Below are positions 15,587 to 29,310 of a stretch of 64,000 nucleotides of DNA, in pieces. The notes below the pieces were generated by a model, which was given only the letters and a program-made list of their open reading frames with translations, was not told the DNA's origin and did not search any database. The DNA comes from the human T2T-CHM13v2.0 reference genome, Homo sapiens. The position numbers and the translations under genes were made by a program. The stretch is taken from assembly GCF_009914755.1 (NCBI RefSeq), contig NC_060926.1, one strand, 5' to 3'. Positions within the stretch are counted from its first letter, which is position 1. Every line of letters starts with the position of its first letter.

Positions 15587-17978
15587 TCAACCAGGAATCT
15601 TGTGGAGAAACCCCCTAAGAAGAAAAAAAAAAAAGCAAAGGAACATGTCTCTCAGTGGGTGTATTACCCACGAGGAACGAAAATGAATGTACGAGAGTCT
15701 GGTTGGAACAGACAGAAGGGGAGATCCTGAGAAGATTCTTCCAGCAAAAGATATTAACAGGAAATGGGCTTCAGAGAGCCCAGTACATGAAGATGTGCAA
15801 AATGCCTTGTATAGCCTTTTTTAGTTTGCCTTTATTGCTGTATTGTAATAGATATTAAAATAGATATTTATGAATGTCTTCAGGGTGAGTCACAGCTCTT
15901 GTTTCCCAGCCCTCCCTTTCTCAAGTCTTCCATTCCTCCATTGCAAGTTTTCCAGCACAGATATTTTCAGAAGCTGGATTCCTGTATTGGGGAAGTTGTT
16001 CTGCACTTTAATCACTGACTTGTACCTTCACAAGGGGAGAGATTGTAACTCGGGGAGCTAATGTAAAGAGAAGCTGTACCATTCAACATATGTATGTGAA
16101 TGTTGTCATTTTTACTTTACATGCATTTATTTGCTTACAGAAAATTGCATAGTGCAGCAAATCTATAAAAAGTCAAGCTTTATTGTCAAGAAGCTTAGAG
16201 TGACCAAAGACAAAGGGAGACCCATAATATGCTCATTACTGCTTACACTTTTAACTCGAGCTAATCATATTCTTATGTTCGCCACATGTACACATTAAAG
16301 AAAATGTCAGTAATTACTGAAGAATTTAACATAATGAATCCATGTAAAAACAAGGTTTTAATTACAGCATTTACACAGGTTACAAACTCTAACGTGCCTT
16401 TGTATAAGAGACAATCAGATCCATACATTTTGTTTTCTAAGCCATTTTGGGGAGAAAAAAAAACAGCCCTTGGTATTTGAGTCATGCGAATACTCTGGGG
16501 TTCCAAGATAGTACTCTGGCATTTTTCAACAAGGTCTTTTTCCTCACTATGGAGAAAGTGTCAGTCTCACAGTTCACAGTGTGTAGTCACATCACTGAGA
16601 AATGTGCATGCATCTGACCTCACACTGGGATACTTCTCCCTGTGTGACCAGTTCCAAAGACCTCTTCTCAGTTTAGTTCCAGGACAAGCTGAAGTGAAAT
16701 GTTGACTTTCAGTTTCATCAACTGCTGATGTTGACCACACTCCAACGATGGAAAGAATTTGAGGTCATCAGCAGTTACTGGGCCATGGAGCCTATTTTCC
16801 TCAGTAATCCAAGAGAATCAAACCCTCAGTATGGACCAAGAAGCAATATGGACTTATCTGATCTACAAGATGAAAAGTATTCAAAATTGGCTTTAAAAAA
16901 TGGTCAATTTGGTTCTGGAAATAAATTGTGAGAATTTCTATATCTATTTCTGTTATCTTAAAAAGTAGGCAAATATCTAAGTGTTACTAATATTGAACAT
17001 GTAGACTGATTCTGGACTCCCCACTCAGGCTGCATGTCAGAGATTTGCATAGCAAGTGAAGTCACTGGTTTCCTGAGAAATGTGGGCCCTGCAGAGGGCA
17101 GAGGAGTTCCCACAGCCCCACTCACAGGATCTCTTGCAGCTATTGTTAAATGGCACAGTCATCTTAACCATGGCAAGTGAATTCAAGGATTAAATTGTCT
17201 ACTTTTGACTAAACTAACTTCACAAAAGGTTAAGTGGGTTAAAAAATTTCCTACAAAGAAATACCAAATTTAGATAATATGATAATTCAAGAACAATAAA
17301 ATATCAGAGCTACATTTCTTCAATTAGTTGTATATACTCTTGTCAACCACGTAGCAAAGTTTAAAACAATGGCAAGGAGTCAGCCAAAAATTCTACATTA
17401 TCATCAGGAAAGCATTTTGAAACATAGGTTATATCCATTGTCATCAATGTCAACTCACTCTAAGTGCATATTCTAACTCAAGATTTGAAGTTGATGATAG
17501 TATTCAGGAAACACGTACGATTTGATTACTCATGCTCAAAGCCATGTGATATTGAACCAGCCACTTCACAAAATTTAATTAAACTTAATGATGAAAATTA
17601 AAAGTCTCTCTGAAAGATCTTATCAAAGAGCAAAAGACAAAAGCCACTTACTATTGGGGGAAATGTGTTCCTTATAATATGCAAGCTTATTTTCCCATCA
17701 TTTTGATCAAAACAGAAGAAAAAATATATGAAAACATATAATAACAAGCTTAATAAATAAAACATGCAAAAATATGGTGTGTTACTAATTTTAACATGAA
17801 TTTCTATGTATTTACAGTTATCTGAAACAAATATAAAATAGTTTGGATCCTTGTGATCGGTCACAAACTTAGAAAGCCTGCCCTTTGCATGCAGCAAACT
17901 TTTAAAATTTTTGCATATAACAAACTTTTAACTGATTAAAGTAATGCCACTCTAGTTATTTATGAAATACATCAAAAA

Positions 17979-18308
<330 letters not shown>

Positions 18309-18609
18309 TTATTTGGATTGATAGATTTATCATTTATAAATGCTTTTTTTCTGTAGTATTCATTTTGTCCATAAAGCACAAAGATGCTAAATCATATACA
18401 AATTCTTCCAGGTACTTGTCTAAGTGCATTGATTTTTGTTTTCTAACTATGTAGAAAGTTAAATTCATCAGTTGCTTTTCCAGACGGACCCATTTCAGGT
18501 CTCTTGACTACCATCACCTATGTGAGCAGAAGGATTCAGGGGATCCTTGGTGGACTGCTGAAGAATGAAGCATGTGCACCCACTTTACTTCTACACTTTG
18601 GCAGCTGTA

Positions 18610-18800
18610 GAACAGAGACAATGGTGGTGCATGATACATCCTTGTATCTGGGAATTAATTCCTTTCCGAGGTGTATACTACTTAGCTTTGTGACTAAAAT
18701 CTACAGGCTTCAGTTTCCTAGTCTTGCTAAATGGGAAACATGTTAATATCTATGATTGTAGCACATCACAAGTAAAGATAAATGAGAAAATATATGCTTT
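18610..18800 (+). mobile_element. MIR, split by the following Alu
   Basis: cttcagtttcctagtcttgctaaatggg...aaatgagaaaatatatg; resumes after 19140. Confidence 0.6.
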
Positions 18801-19138
<338 letters not shown>

Positions 19139-19289
19139 GGACAATGTACGCTTTGTAAACTTTAAGTCTGGGAGATGGCTAACATTATGGGGGAAGACTT
19201 GGCCAAGACAGCCCAGAAACCACAAGGTGAATAATAGCACCCAGAACAGAAGGTCCACCATGAAGATAAGGACTTAATCTATCAGGAAG

Positions 19290-19800
19290 GATTAAATGTA
19301 ACCGTCAAGAGTAGGCTTGATGGAGGAGGGTGAATCTGAATGGAGCCTTGAGCTACAGTGGGGTTTACAGCACAGGCAAATCCTGGTGACTGCATGCTAG
19401 ATGAAAGGAATTGGACAAATGAAATAACTGAGGCAAGAGAGGTTGGGCATGTTCAAATTCGTATCTGTATTGCATAGATAGCTTAAGAATGAAGTAGAGC
19501 CAGAAAAAACATACTAGGCTCAGATTACGGAACATGTTTAATGCTAGGCTAAGAACTGTGTTCTATTATATATGCAAAGAGGATCCATGATTGCTTTTTG
19601 AGCAGAAAAATCACCCAACTTAATGTGATGTTTTAGGAAGATACTTGGGTAGCAATGTGGAAGAGGCACTGAAGCAAGCAGATTGAAGGCAGATGCTACG
19701 TATAAGACCATAAAGCTTTTGCACTGGATTTGATCAGTTGCAATGAAGGCTTGAGTTTGGATGGTGGTCTTGGGAAAGTTCAAAAAAAAAAAGGAGAGGA
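19290..19800 (-). mobile_element. L2 fragment
   Basis: gattgctttttgagcagaaaaatcacc...ttttaggaagatacttgggtagcaatgtggaag resembles antisense L2. Confidence 0.65.
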
Positions 19801-20269
19801 GGGGTCATAACTGAAAGCCATTTTATCATGACTAAGAAGTCAAACATGTTAATAACCTCAAGAGATATTGGAAGAAGCAGAAAATATTCCTCTTTTGTGC
19901 ATCCATACTTTTATTAAGAAAAGCTTAACGGAGCTTGAGATATTTATAGAAAAGGCCAGTACCATGAGGAAGGAGATGTGTTCCTAGAACACATTTAAAA
20001 TGATGTGTTCTTTAATTTTAAAATATGATGGAAGATAGTTTTCGAATTTTGTGTCGCAGTTTTTGCAAAGTTACTGAAGTTTCCAAATTCTAAAACCACA
20101 TGGTAGTCTGCCAGCTACACATGGAGCAAATAACCTGCCCTGATGCTCCCCACTTGTAATCCAGCCAGCCAGCCCTGTCTCTCCATTCCCAAGGCTGTGT
20201 TCACAGACAGCATTGACCAAAACCAGCCAGTTCCCCCCAAGCCCCTGCTGCACAGTATCTGACAGATAT

Positions 20270-21130
20270 CAGCGATGGCTTATCTTCACTTGTCTTTCAA
20301 CCCCTCTTTATTCTCTACCCCACTTTATGCACCCCAAAACTGCCAATATCTCTATAAATAGCATGACTCTGGCTTTCCTGGGCTTGAACTTCCATGTGGA
20401 TTTGGCTGACGGAGATCAATGTAAGGTGATGGGATGCCCAGAAGACAGAGAGTTGGGAGTAATTTTCTCCCACTCCTTTTCTGCAGTGGGAACTGCAGTG
20501 ATGGCAACAGTATTCTCTCCACGAAAACACTCCCTGCCTCCTGCTATGGTTTCAATATTTGTGTCCCTCCAAAATTCATGTTGAAACTTCATCCTCAGTG
20601 TGACAGGATTAAGATGTGAGGCCTTGAGGAGGTGATTATATACCCTTATAACAGCACTCTAGGGGACTAGCTAGATCCTGTTTGCTTTTATATTCCTTCT
20701 GCAATGTGAGGACACAGCAAGAGTCGCCATCTTGGAAGCAGAAAGCAACCCTCTCCAGCCCCCAGATCTGCTGGCACCTTGATCTTGGACCCACAACTGT
20801 GAGAAATATGTTTTTTTCAATAGACTACGTAGCCTCCATGTCCATGTTCTGTTAATGCAGAACAAACAGATTAAGACATCCCACAGTTCGGGCATTGACC
20901 AGTGCTCTCTTTGCCCACCTTTGCTGCTGGTAGCCTGTCTTGCAGATACCCAGTGGCTTTACAGAAGGGGAGGTGGCTTCCTGGAGGTTCTCGCACAGTA
21001 CGAGCTGAGAGATGGCATGCTGCAGGCCTGGAGCACTCCTCTCCAGCAAGCAGAATGACTGTGGAGCAATGACCAATGTATGACTCTGTCTCTTGTGTGA
21101 CCATGTGCTCCAGTGTTCCCAGGACATAAT
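20270..21130. mobile_element. LTR33-like ERVL LTR, split by a MaLR LTR
   Basis: ggatttggctgacggagatc...gagagttgggagtaattttctccc resembles LTR33; strand not assigned. Confidence 0.5.
20542..20878 (+). mobile_element. MSTD/MLT1A0-type MaLR solo LTR
   Basis: TG...CA termini: tgctatggtttcaatatttgtgtccctccaaaattcatg ... aacagattaagaca. Confidence 0.8.
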
Positions 21131-21229
21131 AATAATAATTTCTAACATAATTATTAACAACAACCACTTTCACTGTCAAAAGTGACCTGACTTAGATAAC
21201 TGAATTGTAAGTTCACTCCACCTTTTCCA

Positions 21230-21810
21230 CAAAGCCAGAATACTAGAACACACGGTCAGAAAACAAAAGGGTGAAATTGGGTATGACCTCCCTCAGTCTT
21301 ACACTGATGGGATCTGTATTTTTCATTCTTAACTCCTTATACTCAGTGTGTTGTGAAGTCCTAGGGCCAAGGGAAGAATTTTGCATCAAGAAACATAGTC
21401 CTGGTTTCATTCAATGATAACCTGAGACTGTTCTATAATCATGTTGGGCTTTTCATGTTATGAGATAGAGAATTCCTATTTTGAACTGGCATTTTACAGT
21501 GCCCAAAGGATGTTGGAGTGTTTGTATACAATGGGAGCAAAGAAGATTACATCTAGAACATGGGCAATTTACTGGGGCTCCTTAATTCACTAGTGTCCAA
21601 AGATAATGGTTAGTGGGAAACTGTAGCTGTAAAGGATTTGCAGTCTATTGGAATGAAAATTTTGGTCATACTACTAGTTTAAAATTTCTGATAGGGCAAG
21701 GTGTTGGTAGAAGGTAAAGGGAGCATTGATAGGTGATTTGAAAAAATAAAAAAGAGGAGCTGACTATCAACATAGAACATAGACCAACAGCAGAGGCAGA
21801 ACCTATATCA
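21230..21810 (+). mobile_element. ERV-L internal remnant (post-integrase/dUTPase region)
   Basis: Decayed translations NLRLFYNHVGLFM, VYNGSKEDYI*NMG, GMKILVI and VLVEGKGS parallel HERV-L KLRLPPGHFGLLM, LHNGGKEEYVWNTG, GMKVWVT and VLAEGKGN. Confidence 0.75.
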
Positions 21811-22049
21811 GCTATTGTTTACTTGTGCTGATTAATGCCTTCCTTCCCTTTATCATGCTGCCTGATCTGAAGAGTACTGGTGGAACTAACATTACAACCT
21901 AGGTTCCAGGTAGGGGTATGACTGAGTTGATACCAGCCCACCACCATACAGTGGCAGGTGCCCTTTGTAAGTAAGGAGGATAGTAAATGTTATCCTCCTT
22001 ACTTTACCATTGCACTGCTAAGTAGGCTTTTATTTTGCTGTGTTTGCCA

Positions 22050-23520
22050 CCTTTAAAATTTATCCTTCGCATCGTAGTCATAACAAGTGAGGTAATTAAT
22101 GAGGCTTCCTTACCTTCACTATCTTTCTTCACCTTTGACATGGTAAAGTGTATTATTTCTATGTTATTGGGGCATATGACATTTCCAGCCTATTCTGTAA
22201 CCCTAATCCACATTTGGCTTCAGTCTACAGTAAAATACATTCAATACTTACAACTTTTTTTTTTGCTGTATTTTACCAAAGCATCTTCCTTTAATTGGTT
22301 GTTATTGTTTTCCTTCCTTCTGTAACCAAATGTATTGCCCTTTTTCTCCACATACCCATGTTTTTGTTCTCTCAAAAACATTAATGAAAATATATTTTCC
22401 TGAATTCTTGCTTGATAAAAACCGCAACAAATTGTAATATATCATGTCTACATAGTAAGACTAGCTTGGCTGCACATAAAAATCCTTGGTTGGCATTGAG
22501 AATCTTATTGGTCTTCCCTCATTACCATCCAGCTTCAGTACAGCTAGGGGAGCCAGGACAGCCTTCTTCATTTCTCCTGTGAGTGACTTATTCTTTTTTT
22601 CTGGCTGCCCAATAGATACCTTATTTTTTTTAAGTCCAATACCTTCATTAAGATGTGGTTCACTTTTTGCCTGTCATGAATGGATATACCTTGCTTCTGA
22701 TGTGCCCTTTTGAAAGGTAGATTCAAGTCTTCATGCATTGCACAGAAGTGTTCTTTAATTATAATTTTGAAGTATTCGTTCTGTCTCTTTTGGTTTCTTC
22801 TTTGGATGTTCCAGTAATGTATGTGTTCAATCCATTTGTCTGTCTTCCATAGTTCTCATTTTCTCTGTAATACTTGAGTTTTGCTTTTCAAATGTTTGCT
22901 TAGATAATTTTTGTATAAATGGGTATCTATTTCCTTTTATTTTTGTAATATACTACTAAATGGTTTGGGTTTTCCTAGATAACTACAGAGGTTCAGAGAG
23001 AGAATTAAGACAACCTTCTGGGCCTCACACCAGAATGGCTCTTTCCAACTGGGCTGTCACAGAGACAGACTGCTTCCTGCAAGTATGGCTCCTCTGGTGA
23101 TTCTCTGTGTGGTTGAATCTCCCTTGTTCCTCCCTTGAACAAAACTGGGTCCAGGAGGGGACTTTTTCTGGTAGACTGTGTACCCTGGTTCCCACTCCTG
23201 TGGTTAAAAAAAGGGGTATAAGTTTTGAACATGGAAGTGAACTCCCAAATTTTCAGGGAGTACATTTTGTTGGTGTTTTCTGAGATTATCAGCCATTGGC
23301 CTCACTACCTCCATACTTCATTTACTCCCATGTGGCTTGTGCCTGATTCCAACTAGATTTAGTCATCTCTACATACGTTTTGAAATCTTTGGATTCTAAC
23401 TTTTTCTAGTTTCACTAAGGATATATTTGGTTCTTTTTTTCTCCATTTTCCTTGTTGCTTTTTTATGTGTTCTGGAATAATATGAGGAAAAATGCTGACT
23501 TTTACAGCCTGTGTATACAA
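22050..23520 (-). mobile_element. HAL1/L1M ORF1-region remnant, antisense
   Basis: ctagcttggctgcacataaaaatccttggtt is the antisense of a PRIL..AKL-type motif; T-rich. Confidence 0.6.
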
Positions 23521-23653
23521 CTACCTCTACAGAAAATTTTAAGATATATATTAGTTCTTTATATTCACACAATAACTTTGCAAATAGTCCTAGTTTACAA
23601 AGCTTATTCCGATATCTTGCTGTGTTTTTAAACAAACATATATACATATATGC

Positions 23654-24212
23654 TGTGATAGTTGATGTTGAGTGTCAACCTGATTGGATTGAAGGATGCA
23701 AAGTATTGTTCCTGGGCATGTCTGTGAGGGTGTTGCCAAAGGAGATTAACATTTAAGTCAGTGGATTGGGAGAGGCAGACCCTCCTTCTATCTGGGTGGG
23801 CACCATCTAATCAGCTGTCAGCACAGCTAGAATAAAGCAGGCAGAAGAAGATGGAAGAACAGACTTGCTGAGTCTTCTGGCTTTCATCTTTCTCCTGTGC
23901 TGGAAGCATCCTGGTCTCGAACATCAGACTCCAAGTTCTTCAGCTTTTAGACTCTTGGACTTACACCAGTGATTTTTCAGGGGCTCTCGGGCCTTTGGCC
24001 ACAGACTGAAGACTGCATTGTTTACTTCCCAACTTTTGAGGTTTTGGGACTTGGACTGATCCACCACTGGCTTCCTTGCTCCTCAACGTGCAGATGGCCT
24101 ATCATGGGAATTTATCTTGTAATCACGTGAATTGATTCTCTTTAATAAACCCCCTTTTATATGTACATCTATTCTATCAGTTCTGTCCCTCTAGAGAACG
24201 CTGACTAATACA
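23654..24212 (+). mobile_element. MLT2A (HERV-L LTR), full-length solo LTR
   Basis: tgtgatagtt...gagtgtcaacctgattggattgaaggatgcaaagtattg ... ctctagagaacgctgactaataca. Confidence 0.9.
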
Positions 24213-24499
24213 CATATATACACATATGTGGTCATGCAGACATGTATACATGCATGCACACATATGTGAACACACGAACATGCATACACATATGTGATCT
24301 TTGCCATTGTGGATGGCTAGGATGATTTTTCTCAGGAAAGGTATCTGTGTTATTAGAAAAATAGCCCTGGTTCTCATCCTAAAGTCATAAAAATCAGGAG
24401 GTAACTCAGTGAAAGGAGACACACACACACACACACGATGTTATATGTATAAGGGATTTAATATTTTATATATATAATCAAATCCTTGAAATTGCCCTT

Positions 24500-24540
24500 T
24501 GTATTAATCAGAGTTCTTTATAGAAACAGAATCAAGAGTA

Positions 24541-24571
<31 letters not shown>

Positions 24572-25056
24572 GTATATATATACACATATATATTTAATAC
24601 GTGTGTGTGTGTGTATATATGTATATAGACAGAGAGAGAGGGAAAGAAGGAGTGAGAGGGAGTTTATTATAAGAAATTGGCTCATGTGATTATGGGGGCT
24701 GAAAGTCTCACGATCTGCCATCTGCAGCTGGAGACCCAGGAAAGGCAGTGATGTAGTTGAGAGAACCAAAGTGTCGATGGTATAAGACCCAGTCAAGAAC
24801 AGCACAGGGGGCTAATGTGTCAGCTCAAGCAGTGAGGCAGAGGGTGAAGTCACCCTTCCTGTGCTTTCTGTTCTATTCGGGTCTCAATGAATTGGATAAT
24901 GCCCACTCACACGGTGGAGGGCCACCTGCTTTACTCAGTCTGCTGATTCAAACGCTAATCTCATACAGAAACAGCCTCACAGGCATAGCCAGGACCCATG
25001 TTTAGTCTGGGCACCTCATGTCTAAGTGAATTTGACACAAAAATTATCCATCATAC
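24500..25056 (-). mobile_element. MLT2B/C-type LTR
   Basis: tgtattaatcagagttct...gaaattggctcatgtgattatg...ttgacacaaaaattatccatca. Confidence 0.8.
24538..24650. repeat. (TG)n(CG)4(TG)n(TA)n...(GA)n compound microsatellite
   Basis: Read directly. Confidence 0.9.
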
Positions 25057-25499
25057 CCAGAGTTCTTAATCAAAGTTTCAATGACTGAGGCCAGTCCTGG
25101 GCCGCTAATGTTCGTCCAATATTGCGTCTAGTTTTACCATCCCTTCCGTTTGCCAGAAATAGAAACAGAAAATGTTCTACATGTTTGCACCACCAAATAA
25201 TGAATAAGCAATCAAATGCCATTTTGATTATTGACCTTCTAGCTTTTACAAAACACAAAACTTGCACAAATAAAATACTACTGGAAGCCAAGGAACCTAG
25301 AGACACATGTAATTTCTCTATATCTCTGCTCGATGCATAAAGTATTCCTATTGAAGAGTAAATTTCCTCTTGTTTCAGTGAAAGATATTTTTAACTGATA
25401 TTTTTACCTTCAGCAAACACATAAACGGTGAAAGTTATCCCAAACATTGCCATTTTCAATTTCCAAAGGAGCTTATGCTAATTTCAGAGGCATCTCTAT

Positions 25500-25680
25500 G
25501 GTTTATATGTATATTTAATATATAAGGTAGGTCCTACTATCTCCATTTTACAGAAGAAGAAACTGAAGTTGGAAAGATCAACAAGCTTACCTGAAGTCAC
25601 AGGGCGGGAGAGTAAAGGAGTAGAATTTTCAACCTAAGTTTATATGATTCTAAAATTTTCCACTACCATGCTGCTAAAAG
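25500..25680 (-). mobile_element. MIR
   Basis: ctccattttacagaagaagaaactgaag...cctgaagtcaca. Confidence 0.7.
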
Positions 25681-26934
25681 AGATTACTCAACTAGTTCTT
25701 CCTGTTCAGGTAAGTCAGTTCAGACTTTGCTAATTCTGAATAAAGAGGACAGAAGTTATGATGCTGTAACTATTTGACATAGACTGTGTTAGATTAGAGA
25801 TGAGAGGCAAAAACTTGACCCTAGTATATTTGCTTTCATTGATTCCAATGTCATCTTTAGGTTTTTGTATATTTCTTTCTGATTTTAACATATGATCCTT
25901 TATTTTCTTCTTACTTTCCTCCCTTCATCCTTTCTCTGTCAAATTGTTTTCCTCTTCCTCCTCTTTTAAAAATTCTCAAAATTTGACTATAAATTGCTTT
26001 TTCTTCTTTGCTCCTTTTCACAACTCTTTCATTGCCACAAGGCATTCAGGTAGAAAAAAAGGCCAAGGTAGTCTGCAGTGTGCTAGCTATTTACCCAATT
26101 GACCCACCATATCTTTTATATAAACAAATAAATTAACAAGTTATGTAAATAATTTATATTCAAATATTCAGAAGTGTCTTAGACATGTTTAATATGCTAC
26201 AGGTAAACTCCTTTTAGGAGGAGACCACATGCAGCTTTAGAATAGAAAATAGAAGAAAGGAAAAAAATAAACAAATGAAGGTTTTTCTCTGCAGTCTTTA
26301 TGCAAGCAACGACTTATTTCTTAAACTCTCCCCTTTGTGGCTATCACTCAAAGAAAATAAAGAAGAAAAGCTACTGGCTTTCTAGTTTAAATCACAGTCT
26401 CATTATTCTGTAGGTGAATGGGGAGGGGGATTGGAATCGTAGGTCCGAGTGGGCAGTAACTTGAAGTCAATGGAGATATATACAAAACAGAAGCACAATC
26501 ACGATCCAGCAGTTCTGGAGCTGCTAACTTTTTCTGCCTTTTTCTAAATGTCCAATAATAAGGTTCTAACGGAGACTGAAGATCCATCACCTGCTCCACA
26601 TCTCCAGGGGGCCCATGTGTGCATCGCAGTGCAGGTCATACATGCTTCTTTCCCCTCCCATGGCAAGGGGAATACCGAATGATGACAACTCACATGTGTA
26701 ACCCAAGGGCTTTGCTACAGTTTACTGAGGACTAGTGCACGATACATTCTTTGAGTGTTATAATAACATTAAGTCAATGCACGAATTATAATCCCTATTT
26801 CACAAGTACAAAAACACATTCAAAGAAATTAAATTCCTTGCTCACCAAACAGTTATTGACAAAAAATACAACATTTATGTTTCTTTTGAAAAATATTATA
26901 AAGATTCTCAAATTGTCTAACCAATCATATTATC

Positions 26935-27304
26935 CGTAGTTGTCTCTTCTCAAGCTGCTAATAAAGACATACCCAAGACTGGGACATTTATAAAGGAAAA
27001 AGGTTTAATTGACTCACAGTTCGGCATGGCTGTGGAGGCCTCAGGAAACTTACAATCATGGCAGAAGGGGAAGCAAATATGTCCTTCACATGGCGGCAGC
27101 AAAGAGAGGTGGGAAAAAGGAGGGAAAAGCCCCTTATAAAACCATCAGATCTCATGAAAACTCACTTACTATCAGGAGAACAGCGTGGAGGTAACTGTTC
27201 CCATGATAAAATCACCTTCTACCAGGTCCCTCCCATGTCAGGTGGGGATTATGGGAACTACAGTTCAAGATGAGATTTGGGTGGAGACGTAGCCAAACAT
27301 ATCG
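26935..27304 (-). mobile_element. THE1C/D solo LTR
   Basis: gctgctaataaagacatacccaagactggg...caagatgagatttgggtggagac..gccaaacatatc. Confidence 0.88.
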
Positions 27305-27321
27305 TTATCTTGATAAGATAT

Positions 27322-27704
27322 TGCTTTGGATTGAATTGTGTCCCTGCAAAAATCTTATGTATAAAAGTTCTGATCCCTCATGTGACTGTTTCTGAAGACA
27401 GGCAGGGCCTTTAGTTGGCACTTAAGGTCAAATTAGGTCATATGGGTGGGACCTCAGTCTACTAGGATTGGTGGCTTTATACTGAAAGAAAGAGACAGAT
27501 GTCTCTCCCCTTGACCTCACATGTATAAAGGCCACATAAGGAAAAAGCAGCCCAAGCCGGTAAGAGGCCCCAACAGACGCCAAACCCTTCCAGCTTCATG
27601 ATCTTGGACTTCCCTGCCCCCAAAACTGTAACAGAATGAAATTCTGCTGCTTATGCCATCCAGTCTGTGGCATTTAGTTACGCCAGCCTGCACTGGCTAA
27701 TGCA
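27322..27704 (+). mobile_element. MLT1A-type LTR
   Basis: tgctttggattgaattgtgtccc...gatcttggacttcc...gccagcctgcactggctaatgca. Confidence 0.8.
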
Positions 27705-27745
27705 GATATTCAGAATCAAATGAGTCATCCCAAGCAATTTCTTAG

Positions 27746-28119
<374 letters not shown>

Positions 28120-29129
28120 AGTTTTTCTTAATTATTAAATAATCTTTCATTGATTTAAGAAATATTTTCATATGGTTCCTATTCAGGCCCAGGCATTGTT
28201 TTTTTGTGCTGCAGACAATGTGTTAATAAAAGCTGTCCAGCCTTGTTTGTACATCATGATATTTATATTTGACAAATCCTCTACTTAGATATGTATCACC
28301 TCCATAATTTTTTGAAACACATAAATTTTTTGAACCAAATGGAATAAAGAGCTAGATATATATGTATAATGAATATATTTGAAACTTTGTACTTTGCTTT
28401 ACAATTTGCAAAAGAACATCATATACAGTGTTGTATTTGAGTCTCCTTTAAGCCCTATTAAGAAGAAATTTTTCTAGTTCTGCTGTTCAGTGAAGAAAAT
28501 GAGCAAAAAAAGGTGCAGCAACTTCCCAATATCCCATATTTACAAACATAAAGGAGTGGGACTTTAATGTAGACTCTTGGTGTCCAAGTTTGTGCTCTTT
28601 ATGCTTCATGGCACCAGGTAAAGTGCAGTGAGCACAGCGAATGTGCCCCCTCAGGAGCCAGCTAAGACCTTCTGGGGGCTTCTCCTGGAAGTACAGAGTC
28701 TGTGACCCCCATCCTAAATACACAAGCATTGGCATCACTGTCTCACAGTAAAACAAAACAAAACAAAACAAACAAAAAAAAACAAAGAAAAAAACAAATA
28801 CAATCTGTTCAGCAGAGTAATTGTACATAACACAAAAGAACTTCTGGGAAAAACACGGAACGCATATTGAAATCAGAGGCTCAGTCATGTGAAAATAAAA
28901 GGTCTTGTTGGGTGCCTAAGTCTTGTCTTTGCTAACAGCTGTTTTCGTGCAATACCAGTAAACCCAGCCAAAGGCATTCTAGTGAGCGACTACAAGAAGA
29001 CTCCTATACACTTCAATTTTCCAGCAATCCATAAAATTGAAACATAAAAATAGGATTCTATTTCTCTTGTTCATTCTATATCTTACCAGTACTTATATTT
29101 GCATATGTATAGAAACTCAAGGTTTACAA

Positions 29130-29310
29130 AGCATATTCACGGTCTTTATTTTATTTGATGCTCCACGAAATGTTGCAAGGGACTCAAACAAAGTCCTGTT
29201 TGTACTATGTTACAGGTGAGAATGCTGACATGTAGAGGGGCAAGTACTTACCTGATCACGTTGTCTTGGCATGATGAAGCCTCACTTAAACCCATGATCT
29301 CATGTCTTCC
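29130..29310 (-). mobile_element. MIR
   Basis: tttgatgctccac...tgttacaggtgagaatgctga. Confidence 0.55.

Noticed and set aside
16720-16776. pre-miRNA-like hairpin aactgctgatg...catcagcagtt
   Set aside because: An 11-bp stem with a 35-nt spacer is expected roughly once per window by chance and is too short for Drosha
17598-17897. Minus-strand ORF LHAKGRLSKFVTDHKDPNY as a coding exon
   Set aside because: In-frame stop just upstream, weak splice sites and no family match
26680-26728. C/D snoRNA (ATGATGA...CTGA)
   Set aside because: Only ~50 nt with no terminal stem
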